Shown: positions 1 to 8,990 of the stretch, one piece after another
Layout of the letters: each line of letters opens with the position of its first letter
How positions within the stretch are numbered: position 1 is the stretch's first letter
NCBI GenBank assembly: GCA_964608985.1
Contig: CAZSQU010000001.1
Location: forward strand, 18,549 to 82,548
From: an uncultured Spirochaetales bacterium
GTDB taxonomy: Bacteria; Spirochaetota; GWE2-31-10; CAYYKD01
Reading direction: 5' to 3'
Length of the DNA: 64,000 nucleotides
Position numbers and translations under genes: made by a program
The notes under the pieces: model-generated
Told to the model about the DNA's origin: nothing
Databases searched by the model: none
Seen by the model: only the letters and a program-made list of their open reading frames with translations

Positions 1-1
1 T

Positions 2-673
2 ATAAAGTTCAAAGAAAGTGAGGATTCAGAGAATAAAGGGTTATTTATTTCTTTTGAATCTGCAAGTAAAGACTCGGTTCTTGATCTTGATTATTATTTA
101 TACGGATATGCTGACAATAATGGCGGTAGAGTAGAAACCGTTTATTCAGCAAATTTTTTAAATAATATAAATCATATAATTAAGTACAATGATGCATTTA
201 ATACAAGTTCCTTAGTTTACTCCGTTTATGATTTAAATGGAGTGTTTCAAGAAACAAGCTATGATGATACAGTTACATTTGATTCTTATTCTGATTTCTT
301 TAACTTATATACAGATAATCAATCTGATCTTCTTAAAGTTAGTTTTGTTAATAGTGTCTATTCAGATAAGATAGATAATAGCTTATTCTATGACTTTACA
401 TACGAAACCAATCAATATGATCTCTATATAATATCACTTGAAGAGTTCACACCTGAGCAGATTGAAGTATTAGAGTGTAATTCTACTGAGCAGACCGTTA
501 TAGATGATATAGTTGCCGTAACTTCCGGTATAGGTTTTTCTTACGATGGAATCAGGATTGTGATTACACCGCAGCAGGACTTGTCTGGAGATATTGAGCC
601 TCCTTATTATCTATATGAGTTTAGTCCGGATAATAAGACTTGCGATCTTGTTGATACATATTTCGGTGCTTAG
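2..673 (+). CDS. hypothetical protein, 5'-truncated by window edge (C-terminal ~224 codons)
   Basis: The reading frame of track ORF 242..673 stays open back to base 2 with no stop (translated by hand). The first start-like codon is GTG at 242, so the true start lies upstream of the window. D/Y/S/N-rich sequence with no recognisable motif. Confidence 0.5.
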   Translation: MKFKESEDSENKGLFISFESASKDSVLDLDYYLYGYADNNGGRVETVYSANFLNNINHIIKYNDAFNTSSLVYSVYDLNGVFQETSYDDTVTFDSYSDFFNLYTDNQSDLLKVSFVNSVYSDKIDNSLFYDFTYETNQYDLYIISLEEFTPEQIEVLECNSTEQTVIDDIVAVTSGIGFSYDGIRIVITPQQDLSGDIEPPYYLYEFSPDNKTCDLVDTYFGA

Positions 674-689
674 TTAGAATAGTAATTAC

Positions 690-746
690 TCCCCTTAAAG
701 TCATAAACAAATTCTTGTGTTATTAACTTTAAGGGGATTTTATATT
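690..746 (+). terminator. putative rho-independent terminator (long-loop hairpin plus T-rich tail) after the truncated gene
   Basis: 12-bp inverted repeat tccccttaaagt / actttaagggga around a ~24-nt loop, followed by ttttatattt. Lies 17 nt after the stop at 673. Confidence 0.4.
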
Positions 747-836
747 TAGGGCACTAAGACTGTTACAGGCGAAGTGTCCAAAATATTTTTGATTCAATAG
801 TATTTGGCCGCCTTCGCATTATTTTATAATATTAAT

Positions 837-865
837 TTGACAATAGTTTTACTATGTAATAGTAT
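837..865 (+). promoter_or_regulatory. putative sigma-70 promoter for the symporter gene
   Basis: TTGACA, a 17-nt spacer, then TAGTAT, about 30 nt upstream of a GGAGG RBS and the ATG at 896. Confidence 0.4.
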
Positions 866-895
866 TATTTTATTCAAAAAAAACGGAGGTTAATA

Positions 896-2206
896 ATGGC
901 GAAAGGTGTGGGAAAAATTTTAGGTTTCTATTTTAGAGTTAATCTTTTATTAAGGATACTCATAGGACTTGTTCTCGGTATTATTTTTGGGATCATTGTG
1001 GCTAAGACAGGAATTAATTCTAATAATCAGATATCGGGGGTGCTGGACCCCATAGGCGGTATTTTGATTAGATTATTAAAGATGATTGTAACTCCGGTTA
1101 TATTTTTTTCGCTGGTTGTCGGTGCATCGAGTATTACTCCGTCAAGACTCGGCAGGGTAGGAGCTAAGATATTTTTCTACTATATGCTTACTTCTGCAAT
1201 TGCCGTGTTTATCGGGCTAGTTTTTGGGAATATTTTTAAACCGGGTGTGGGATTTAATGCAGTCGCTCTAAATGCGGTTGAAAAAACTTTAAATGTTGAC
1301 AAACCGCCTTTAATTGACACTTTGATGAATATCATACCTACTAATCCATTTGAATCATTAGCAAAAGGTGATGTTTTACCGGTAATTTTCTTTTCATTGA
1401 TATTCGGTTTGACAGTTGCAATACTCAAAGAATCAAAAGAAAGTGTTTTATCAAGAAGCGCACAAGTAGTATTTGATTTTTTTAACGGTGCGGCTGAGGT
1501 GATGTATAAAGTTGTCAGAGGGGTTCTCGAATATGCGCCTTTCGGTGTTTTTGCATTAATTGCCCTTGTTTTTGCTAAACAGGGTGTGCAGGCTTTTGGC
1601 CCGCTTTTAATGATAACTCTTACAATTTTCGGAGCTATGGCTGTTCATTTTCTAATTACATACGGCTTATCTTTGTCATTATTCAGATTGAGCATAATTA
1701 AATTTTGTAAAATGAATAAAGAAGCAATGTTAACAGCATTTGTAACAAGAACAAGCAGTGGTACCCTTCCGATAACCATGAAAAATGCTGAGGAAAATAT
1801 GGGAGTTCATAGAAATATCAGTTCTTTTACATTACCGCTTGGTGCAACTCTTAATATGGATGGGACTGCGATCTATCTTGGCGTTTGTGCTCTTTTTATT
1901 GCTAATGCAATAGGTATGAATCTTACACTCTCTCAACAGGGAATTATTGTATTAACAGCAGTTCTTGCTTCAATCGGAACTGCCGGAGTTCCCGGAGCCG
2001 GTGCGATTATGCTTGTTATGGTTCTCGAATCGATTAATATCAAGGTAGATGCAGGAACAACAGTCGCTTTGGCTTACGGAGCTATTGTAGGTATAGATGC
2101 AATTCTTGATATGGGTAGAACTCTCTTAAATGTAACCGGAGATCTGGCAGGTACTGCAATAGTTGCAAAGTCTGAAAAAGAATTAGATCTCAATAAATGG
2201 AAGTAA
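896..2206 (+). CDS. dicarboxylate/amino acid:cation (Na+/H+) symporter, DAACS/GltP family
   Basis: 436 aa, polytopic membrane protein. Carries the family-typical SSSGTLP motif (TRTSSGTLPITMKN) and the C-terminal hairpin region GAGAIMLVMVL...VTGD. GGAGG RBS 6 nt upstream. Confidence 0.85.
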   Translation: MAKGVGKILGFYFRVNLLLRILIGLVLGIIFGIIVAKTGINSNNQISGVLDPIGGILIRLLKMIVTPVIFFSLVVGASSITPSRLGRVGAKIFFYYMLTSAIAVFIGLVFGNIFKPGVGFNAVALNAVEKTLNVDKPPLIDTLMNIIPTNPFESLAKGDVLPVIFFSLIFGLTVAILKESKESVLSRSAQVVFDFFNGAAEVMYKVVRGVLEYAPFGVFALIALVFAKQGVQAFGPLLMITLTIFGAMAVHFLITYGLSLSLFRLSIIKFCKMNKEAMLTAFVTRTSSGTLPITMKNAEENMGVHRNISSFTLPLGATLNMDGTAIYLGVCALFIANAIGMNLTLSQQGIIVLTAVLASIGTAGVPGAGAIMLVMVLESINIKVDAGTTVALAYGAIVGIDAILDMGRTLLNVTGDLAGTAIVAKSEKELDLNKWK

Positions 2207-2223
2207 TAGTTGTTTAATATGAT

Positions 2224-2255
2224 ATGGCTGTCTTGAAAAGGGCAGCCATTTTTTC
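2224..2255. terminator. bidirectional rho-independent terminator between convergent genes
   Basis: Hairpin atggctgtc-ttgaaaag-ggcagccat followed by ttttttc. Sits between the symporter stop (2206) and the helicase stop (2275). Confidence 0.6.
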
Positions 2256-2274
2256 ACTATCAACGGTTTCACAA

Positions 2275-4266
2275 TTATTTATTGCTCCATTTGTTATATA
2301 GAGCTACCAGTGAATCCTCGCCTGAATCGTTATCAGATTCTTCTATTTCACTTCCAAATTCGATCAGTTCTTCTGGTATCTCTTTTAGAAATGATGAAGG
2401 CTCTTTATTAATTGTTTCATAGAATTTCATTCTTGTTTTAGGATAAGTAAAAAAAAGTTTTTCGCGTGCCCTTGTTACAGCAACATAAAAAAGCCGTCTT
2501 TCTTCTTCATTTGTGCCGGTTTCTTCAAGAGTTTTATCATGCGGAATAAGTCCTTCTTCAACACCTATCAGGAAAACAACCTTAAATTCAAGCCCCTTGG
2601 ATGAATGGATACTCATCATATTAACCTTATTGTTATAGTCGTTATTTTCATCTTCATCATCCCTTGATGTAAGACTGACTTTTTGTAAATAATCATATAT
2701 GCTTGGATTAAAATTATCCGGGTTATTTTCATATTTGTAAATTGACTGGATCAATTGATTTATATTGCTTAATCGGTAGTTAATCTTGGATGCTATTTTT
2801 AGTTCAGTGACTAGCTTGCTTTTATAGTCAATCTCATCAATTAATTCTGATACAGTTCTCGATATGTTTTTAGGTTTGTGGATCCTTTCTTTATATTTTT
2901 CAATTAGTGTATAAAAATCATTTAGTGCATTGGTTATCTTTTCACCGAGTGTATTATTATCAACAAATATCTTTAATGAACTCCATAGTGGGATATTATA
3001 TTCTTTAGAATATTCTAATAAACTCATAAGCGTTGTATTGCCGATACCCCGTTTTGGATTATTAATAATTCTATGAAGAGAAACTTCATCATCTTGATTA
3101 GCAAAAAATCTCATATAACTTAGAATGTCTTTAATCTCTGCTCTCTCAAAAAACTTCATTGCTCCGATTAGTTTGTAGGGTATATCAAATTCCCTGAATT
3201 TTTCCTCAAGCGGTCTTGATTGGGAGTTCATTCTGAATAAGACACCAAATTCATTAAATTTCAATCCTTTAGATTTGTAGTTAAGTATCATATCAACAAG
3301 GTATTGTGCCTCTTCATCCTCATTTTCTGCTTCATAAAGGGTGATTTTTTCACCGGCTCCACCCTTTGTCCAGAGGTTTTTAGCCTTACGAATTGAGTTG
3401 TTTTTAATTACCGCATTAGCCGCATTTAATATTGTTGCGGTAGAACGGTAATTTTGTTCCAGATGAATCTCTTTCACCGGATCAAAGTCTTTTTCAAAAA
3501 TTGAAATATTTGAGTGATTTGCCCCTCGCCACGAATATATTGACTGATCATCGTCGCCGACAACAGATATTTGCTTATGAAGTATTGCAAGTTTTTTGAT
3601 CATCTCATACTGCATTAGAGATGTGTCCTGATACTCATCTACTAGTACATACCGCCATTTTTTTTGGTATTTTTCCAATACCTGCGGGAATTTATTAAAA
3701 AGTTCTAAAGGAAGTTTAATAAGATCATCAAAGTCAACTGCATTATATGAAATAAGGTATTCTGTGTATTTATGATAGATCCGTTTGATGTCTTCATCAA
3801 TAATTGATGAAACATTTGATAATTTCATTTTAAGCATACTGATTTTACTTATAACCTGAAAAGGATCGTAGAGATCTTCGGGGATTTTTAATTCTTTTAT
3901 TGTATCTTTAATTATCTTCGCACAATCATTCTGATCAAAGATTGAAAATTTTGCTCTATAACCAAGTTTTTCAATATCTTCTTTAAGTATCTGTAAACCG
4001 AGAGAGTGAAAGGTCGTTACAAGCGGTGTTCTCTTTTTGTTTCTGCATAGAGCAGTAACCCGTTCTTTCATCTCAGCGGCCGCTTTATTTGTAAATGTAA
4101 CAGCAAGTATATGCTCTGGACTAACCCCTTGTTCGATAAGATATGCGATTTTAAAAGTTATGACACGGGTTTTTCCTGAACCTGCACCGGCTAATATTAA
4201 TGATGCGCCGTTTATATGTGTAACAGCTTCAAATTGTTTTGAATTTAATTCTTGTAAGAAGTCCAT
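2275..4266 (-). CDS. ATP-dependent DNA helicase, UvrD/PcrA/Rep superfamily 1
   Basis: 663 aa. Walker A motif LAGAGSGKTRVITFKIAYL, then AVTFTNKAAAEMKERV, VLVDEYQDTS and YRSTATIL. These are the canonical SF1 helicase motifs I, Ia, II and IV. Confidence 0.9.
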   Translation of the reverse strand: MDFLQELNSKQFEAVTHINGASLILAGAGSGKTRVITFKIAYLIEQGVSPEHILAVTFTNKAAAEMKERVTALCRNKKRTPLVTTFHSLGLQILKEDIEKLGYRAKFSIFDQNDCAKIIKDTIKELKIPEDLYDPFQVISKISMLKMKLSNVSSIIDEDIKRIYHKYTEYLISYNAVDFDDLIKLPLELFNKFPQVLEKYQKKWRYVLVDEYQDTSLMQYEMIKKLAILHKQISVVGDDDQSIYSWRGANHSNISIFEKDFDPVKEIHLEQNYRSTATILNAANAVIKNNSIRKAKNLWTKGGAGEKITLYEAENEDEEAQYLVDMILNYKSKGLKFNEFGVLFRMNSQSRPLEEKFREFDIPYKLIGAMKFFERAEIKDILSYMRFFANQDDEVSLHRIINNPKRGIGNTTLMSLLEYSKEYNIPLWSSLKIFVDNNTLGEKITNALNDFYTLIEKYKERIHKPKNISRTVSELIDEIDYKSKLVTELKIASKINYRLSNINQLIQSIYKYENNPDNFNPSIYDYLQKVSLTSRDDEDENNDYNNKVNMMSIHSSKGLEFKVVFLIGVEEGLIPHDKTLEETGTNEEERRLFYVAVTRAREKLFFTYPKTRMKFYETINKEPSSFLKEIPEELIEFGSEIEESDNDSGEDSLVALYNKWSNK

Positions 4267-4275
4267 AAACCGGCT

Positions 4276-5166
4276 TTATCTGATAATTTTATTTAAAGGG
4301 TATTCTACAATGCCCGATGCACCTGCTCTTTTTAATTGTGGTATAATATCACGAACGGTTATCTCTTCAACTATAGCATTAAGCGCGACCCAATCAGGAT
4401 CTGTAAGTTCACTTATAGTCGGCTGTTGTAATGACGGCAGTATTCTAAGTACAGAATTTAGATTCTTTTTTTCAACATTCAACTGAATACCTACATTACT
4501 TTCTGCTTCAATTACACCTTTAAGAAGCATTCCGATATTTTCAACCCTATCTCTTTTGTTCGGATTTTTATAAGAATCATAGTTCATAATCAATTGTGTT
4601 GTTGATTCTAGAACATCATCTATAATTTTTAGATTATTTGCTTTAAGACTTGAGCCTGTTTCTGTAATCTCAACTATAGCATCAACGAGAGTAGGGCATT
4701 TAATCTCTGTTGCCCCCCAACTGAATTCGACAGATGCTTTAACATTGTTTCTATCGAGGTATTTTTTTGTAATATTCATAACCTCAGTTGCAATTTTCTT
4801 ACCGTTAAGCTCTTTAACATTTGTTATTGGTGAATCCTCCGGAACTGCCAATACCCATCTTACAGGCTTTGTTGATGTTTTTGCATAAACAAGATCTGTG
4901 ATGACCTCAACTTTTGAGTCATTCTCTACAACCCAGTCCTTACCTGTAAGACCTGCATCAATAATACCTTTTTCAACATATCTCGACATGTCCTGAGCTC
5001 TTATTAAAATCAGTGATATAGTAGGATCATCTATTGTAGGGTAATATGATCTTGAAGATATATTTATCTTATAGCCGGCTTTAGCAAACATTTTTACGGT
5101 AGAATCTTGAAGACTTCCCTTAGGAATACCGAGTTTTAGTGTTTCAACTTTATTCATTTGAGCCAA
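4276..5166 (-). CDS. hisG: ATP phosphoribosyltransferase, long form with C-terminal regulatory domain
   Basis: 296 aa. The N-terminus LKLGIPKGSLQDSTVKMFAKAGY and overall length match long-form HisG. Immediately downstream of hisI on the same strand. Confidence 0.85.
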   Translation of the reverse strand: MAQMNKVETLKLGIPKGSLQDSTVKMFAKAGYKINISSRSYYPTIDDPTISLILIRAQDMSRYVEKGIIDAGLTGKDWVVENDSKVEVITDLVYAKTSTKPVRWVLAVPEDSPITNVKELNGKKIATEVMNITKKYLDRNNVKASVEFSWGATEIKCPTLVDAIVEITETGSSLKANNLKIIDDVLESTTQLIMNYDSYKNPNKRDRVENIGMLLKGVIEAESNVGIQLNVEKKNLNSVLRILPSLQQPTISELTDPDWVALNAIVEEITVRDIIPQLKRAGASGIVEYPLNKIIR

Positions 5167-5169
5167 CCC

Positions 5170-5556
5170 TCATTTATTATAAACAGTTTTTGGGTCAAAA
5201 ACCCTATCTTCGCCATTATTAATCCATTTACCGTTATCAAATTTTCTAAAAAAACAGCTTACAAAACCCTCGTGGCATGCCGCTTTTAAACCTTTCTGTT
5301 CAACAACATATATAAGCGTGTCGTTGTCGCAGTCAATAAGTATATCTTTTATCTCTTGATAATTACCGGAGGTTTCCCCTTTACACCACAAATTATTTCG
5401 TGAACGGGAGTAATATGTTGCTTTTCCGGTTTTCAATGTATATTCAAAAGCCTCTTCATTTGCGTAGGCAAGCATTAACACCTTGCCTGTTTCAAAACAT
5501 TGTGCAATAACCGGAACAAGTCCGCCGGATTTATCAAAATCAATTTCGTACTTCAT
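5170..5556 (-). CDS. hisI: phosphoribosyl-AMP cyclohydrolase (monofunctional)
   Basis: 128 aa. GLVPVIAQ...[16 protein letters not shown]...CDNDTL...CHEG motif pattern of HisI. No fused HisE domain. Confidence 0.85.
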   Translation of the reverse strand: MKYEIDFDKSGGLVPVIAQCFETGKVLMLAYANEEAFEYTLKTGKATYYSRSRNNLWCKGETSGNYQEIKDILIDCDNDTLIYVVEQKGLKAACHEGFVSCFFRKFDNGKWINNGEDRVFDPKTVYNK

Positions 5557-5711
5557 CTTCTTTCCTTATTATTCTGATAATTTAAATAGAAACGGATTTT
5601 AATAGATTATTTAATTTTTGTATAGTGTTTTTTGGTTTATTTTTATATAATCTGTTTGATTTAAATCCCCAAAAATTCGATAATATCAAATGATTATTAT
5701 CAGGAAAAGGT

Positions 5712-7325
5712 ATGATTGAAGTATTTAAAGAATTTTATGATATTGAAAAATTTAGTAGTTATGAAGGTATAAAGATATTCAGGGATAGATTTGATCTAGA
5801 GAAGTCAATAAAAAAATTTATCGATAAAGCGGATAATGTTGAAGAAAAGGGTTTCTTTGACTATATTGAGTTAATTGATAGTTTTATACACAGACTCGAT
5901 CAGATGATACTCTCTATCGCTCCATACAGTTATAAAGATATTGCTGTTTCTTTGCAGAACGATTTAAACGGCCTAAGAAACTTTCTTGATACAATACCGA
6001 AAGACTACTCAAGGTTTAGATCATTAAACCGTAATCCGTTAAATATTGAAAAATATAAGTTACCAAAAGAAGAAAAAACTTCAATCCCCCCCCAAATAGA
6101 AGTAGTTGATGAAAATTTAAGTATTTTACCAACAAATAATAAACCATCGGTTGATCATGAAAAAAACAGAAGATTTATTAAAGATCTATTAAAAAAGAAT
6201 AGTAATAAATCAAAACCGGTTGAAGTTTCAGAAATAAAACCTGAAATAGAAAATGATAATGTTAATAATGAGATAGAAAGTTTTCAGGATGAATGTGTTA
6301 CAGAAAATAATTCAACAGTTTTTTTTATTGAAGAACCGGTGGTTGAAGAGGAAAAGCCTGATGAAAAAGCAATATTTTTGGAATATCGCAAAAAAATAAT
6401 TGCCGGCAGAAATATGCTTATTCAGACTCTGCTTGACATATATCATGAGAAAAAAGCACCTTATAGGATTATGTTAAGTCTTTTTCGCGGGCTTGATATT
6501 TACAGACGGATGAGTTTGAGTCATGAGATATTTAATAAAGAAAAGTTTATGACTAATTTTAAGAAATATACGATGCATTTTAATCAAATATCTTTAATTG
6601 AACTTTGTCTTCAGAAAATGCCATCATATGACTTTGATTTTATAGAGAATCAAATTATTTACTGTTTAAAGATTATAAATGATATGATAGACAAGTACAG
6701 ATTCAGAATAAATTTTTATGATAAACTCAATTTTCGTTCCGGTTTTAAAAGTGAGATACAGGATAGAATATATTGGTTATATTTTCCCGGAAAAAGACGC
6801 CCGAAAAGGGACCTGGATGAACTATATCTTATAAAGAGTGTTACCGCATCATCTGTCGGCTTCAGTAAATCAGGTAAGCGGTCTTATGCATCTTATCTGT
6901 CGATAAGAGATATTAATATTGTAAATATGATAATGCAGAAACTCTCATATCTTTATTATAAGAATCAAACTGTTTCAAAAGAGATGATTAATTTCTTTAG
7001 GATACTTGAGAATTTTGAGAATTCAAAGCATGAAATGAGCGCCGATAAAGAAAATGACTTTAGAAATGAATTTAAAGAGATAGTTTATCAGGCATCAACA
7101 AAGGTTGATATTTTAAGGATGGTTATCGATCTAAATCCAAAGATAAATCCGCGTGATATTCGTTCACTTTTTCCTTTGACTGTAACCGTTATGAAAGAAA
7201 AGATTGACATAGCATTTGAGCGGATAAAAAAGAATAAACATGAACTTGCAAATAGTTTTAATCCTCTAAGCAAATACTCCTATATATACGATAGAAAGAT
7301 ATTCAGAATATACCGCAGGGTATAA
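5712..7325 (+). CDS. hypothetical protein (K/N/E/I-rich, no recognisable domain)
   Basis: 537-aa ORF with ATG start and codon usage typical of the window. Contains an in-frame C8 tract at ~6086-6093. Confidence 0.6.
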   Translation: MIEVFKEFYDIEKFSSYEGIKIFRDRFDLEKSIKKFIDKADNVEEKGFFDYIELIDSFIHRLDQMILSIAPYSYKDIAVSLQNDLNGLRNFLDTIPKDYSRFRSLNRNPLNIEKYKLPKEEKTSIPPQIEVVDENLSILPTNNKPSVDHEKNRRFIKDLLKKNSNKSKPVEVSEIKPEIENDNVNNEIESFQDECVTENNSTVFFIEEPVVEEEKPDEKAIFLEYRKKIIAGRNMLIQTLLDIYHEKKAPYRIMLSLFRGLDIYRRMSLSHEIFNKEKFMTNFKKYTMHFNQISLIELCLQKMPSYDFDFIENQIIYCLKIINDMIDKYRFRINFYDKLNFRSGFKSEIQDRIYWLYFPGKRRPKRDLDELYLIKSVTASSVGFSKSGKRSYASYLSIRDINIVNMIMQKLSYLYYKNQTVSKEMINFFRILENFENSKHEMSADKENDFRNEFKEIVYQASTKVDILRMVIDLNPKINPRDIRSLFPLTVTVMKEKIDIAFERIKKNKHELANSFNPLSKYSYIYDRKIFRIYRRV

Positions 7326-7398
7326 AAAAAAGTTCCAAAAAACTAATGTGAATTGTGTATCATAATAAACCACAATAAGATTATTATGGTGATTAAAT

Positions 7399-7425
7399 TT
7401 GTGAATATTATAATACTATTCACAA
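7399..7425. promoter_or_regulatory. perfect 9-bp-arm palindrome (TTGTGAATA-N9-TATTCACAA) enclosing a TATAAT hexamer; candidate operator
   Basis: Seen directly about 90 nt upstream of the 7513 start. The spacer between the arms contains tataat. Confidence 0.35.
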
Positions 7426-7512
7426 TATTGATTAATATTGTATTGATCTTTTTAATATAATATTATATAAAGGCTTAGTTTTAAAATTATACCAATAATT
7501 AAAGGGGGATAT

Positions 7513-8586
7513 ATGAAAACTTATAAAATAGCTGTAATGGGCGGTGACGGAACGGGACCTGAGGTTGTAGCAGAAGGAAGAAAAGTGCTTGATGCCATAT
7601 GTAAAAAGAACGGTGTCAAATTAGACTATACTGAATTTGATTTCGGCGGTGAGCGGTATTTGAGGACTGGTGAGACACTGCCTGATTCTGCAATTGAAGA
7701 TTTTAAAAAGTTTGATGCTATATATCTTGGTGCTATCGGGCATCCTGATGTAAAACCGGGCATATTAGAGCTTGGTATTCTTCTTAAACTAAGGTTTGCC
7801 TTGGATCAATATATTAACTTAAGACCGGTTAAGTTGTTTCCAAATGTTGAGACCCCTTTAAAAGATAAAAAACCTGAAGATATTGATTTTGTTGTTGTCA
7901 GAGAGAACACCGGCGGTATATATACAGGAATGGGTGGGGTTACGAAATTAGGTACACCTGACGAGATCGCAAGTCAGGTAATGGTTTATGACAGGAAAAC
8001 TGTTGATAGATGTGTTAAGTTTGCTTTTGAACTCAAAAAGAAAAGGGAATCACAGAATATCGGCAAAGATAAACCTATTCACCTTGTTCATAAGAGAAAT
8101 GTTTTAACACATTGCGGTGATCTTTGGTACAGGTCTTTTGAGGAGATGGGTAATAAAGAATATAAAAATATAAAGAGAGATTACGCCCATGTTGATGCTT
8201 CGGTTATGTGGTTTGTAAAAAACCCTGAATGGTTTGATGTTATTGTTACAGAAAATCTCTTTGGAGATATAATAACAGACCTCGGTGCTATGATTCAAGG
8301 TGGGATGGGTATAGCTGCAGGCGGAAATATTAATCCGAACGGTGTAAGTATGTTTGAACCGATAGGCGGATCCGCACCTAAATATCAAGGTAAGAATGTA
8401 ATTAATCCTGTTGCGGCAATTCTTGCAGGTGCAATGATGATGGATATACTCGGAGAAACAAAAATTGCTAAAGAGATAGAAGAAAATTCAACTAAGGTAA
8501 TTCAGACATTAAAATCAATGTCAGCGGGTAAGATGGGTATGAGTACAACAGAAATCGGAGATAAAATCGCATCTCTTTGTTCATAA
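7513..8586 (+). CDS. isocitrate/isopropylmalate dehydrogenase superfamily enzyme, closest to the tartrate dehydrogenase/decarboxylase (D-malate dehydrogenase, TtuC-like) subfamily
   Basis: 357 aa. N-terminus [18 protein letters not shown], then [35 protein letters not shown] and [28 protein letters not shown]...[16 protein letters not shown]. The long GA/GI-rich loop after NLFGDI resembles TtuC more than LeuB. Confidence 0.6.
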   Translation: MKTYKIAVMGGDGTGPEVVAEGRKVLDAICKKNGVKLDYTEFDFGGERYLRTGETLPDSAIEDFKKFDAIYLGAIGHPDVKPGILELGILLKLRFALDQYINLRPVKLFPNVETPLKDKKPEDIDFVVVRENTGGIYTGMGGVTKLGTPDEIASQVMVYDRKTVDRCVKFAFELKKKRESQNIGKDKPIHLVHKRNVLTHCGDLWYRSFEEMGNKEYKNIKRDYAHVDASVMWFVKNPEWFDVIVTENLFGDIITDLGAMIQGGMGIAAGGNINPNGVSMFEPIGGSAPKYQGKNVINPVAAILAGAMMMDILGETKIAKEIEENSTKVIQTLKSMSAGKMGMSTTEIGDKIASLCS

Positions 8587-8606
8587 TAAATTTATGATTT
8601 AAATAT

Positions 8607-8641
8607 ATCTCGGGTAATTTATTTATCCGGGATTTTTTTTT
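8607..8641 (+). terminator. rho-independent terminator
   Basis: Hairpin atctcggg-taatttattta-tccgggat (two G-U pairs) followed by a run of nine T. Confidence 0.55.
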
Positions 8642-8706
8642 ATGTAAAATAATTTCTTTTTATTTTATTATTTCCATAATTTTGTTATAATTTTCAAAAT
8701 CAAATA

Positions 8707-8737
8707 TTGACTGATTTATTTGATTTTTATATATAAT
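8707..8737 (+). promoter_or_regulatory. putative sigma-70 promoter of the oxidoreductase operon
   Basis: TTGACT, a 17-19-nt spacer, then TATATAAT. This would place the start site almost at the GTG start codon (leaderless), so confidence is low. Confidence 0.3.
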
Positions 8738-8744
8738 AATCGGG

Positions 8745-8990
8745 GTGTTTAAAGTGAAAAAAAAGATTTCAATAATTATAGATGAAGATAGATGTAAAGG
8801 GTGTCTCGTTTGTTTAAAAGAGTGTAATTTGACACTTCTTTCAGTATCAGGTCATACTAATTCGCAGGGGTATCATCCGGTTCAGATTATTAATAAAGAA
8901 AAATGTATTGGCTGTTCACTTTGTGCCATTGTTTGTCCGGACTGTGCTATAGAGATTACCTCAGAGGAGATTGATGATGAAAACCGCTAA
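8745..8990 (+). CDS. 2-oxoacid:ferredoxin oxidoreductase, delta subunit (2x[4Fe-4S] ferredoxin)
   Basis: 81 aa. Two CxxCxxCxxxCP motifs (CKGCLVCLKECN; CIGCSLCAIVCPDC). GTG start. An alternative GTG at 8754 cannot be excluded. Confidence 0.8.
   Translation: MFKVKKKISIIIDEDRCKGCLVCLKECNLTLLSVSGHTNSQGYHPVQIINKEKCIGCSLCAIVCPDCAIEITSEEIDDENR

Noticed and set aside
1180-1428. Internal or antisense ORFs overlapping well-supported genes (also 4037..4486, 7088..7273, 8104..8388, 9186..9383, 9590..9835, 11000..11248, 12294..12491, 13295..13498, 13820..14026, 14805..15093, 16057..16393, 18067..18426, 19818..20227, 27344..27574, 27790..27987, 28177..28446, 28901..29101, 31179..31361, 32474..32674, 33579..33842, 34651..34965, 37421..37633, 40222..40434, 42225..42413, 46031..46315, 47377..47601, 48510..49211, 51279..52619, 57853..58089, 58388..58927, 60041..60229, 62124..62309, 63445..63743)
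   Set aside because: Each lies within or opposite a longer ORF with strong family-level evidence or better coding signal. None has independent support.
7347-7362. CRP binding site TGTGA-N6-TATCA
   Set aside because: Only one half-site matches the consensus well. It is mentioned as context to the stronger palindrome but not called as a feature.
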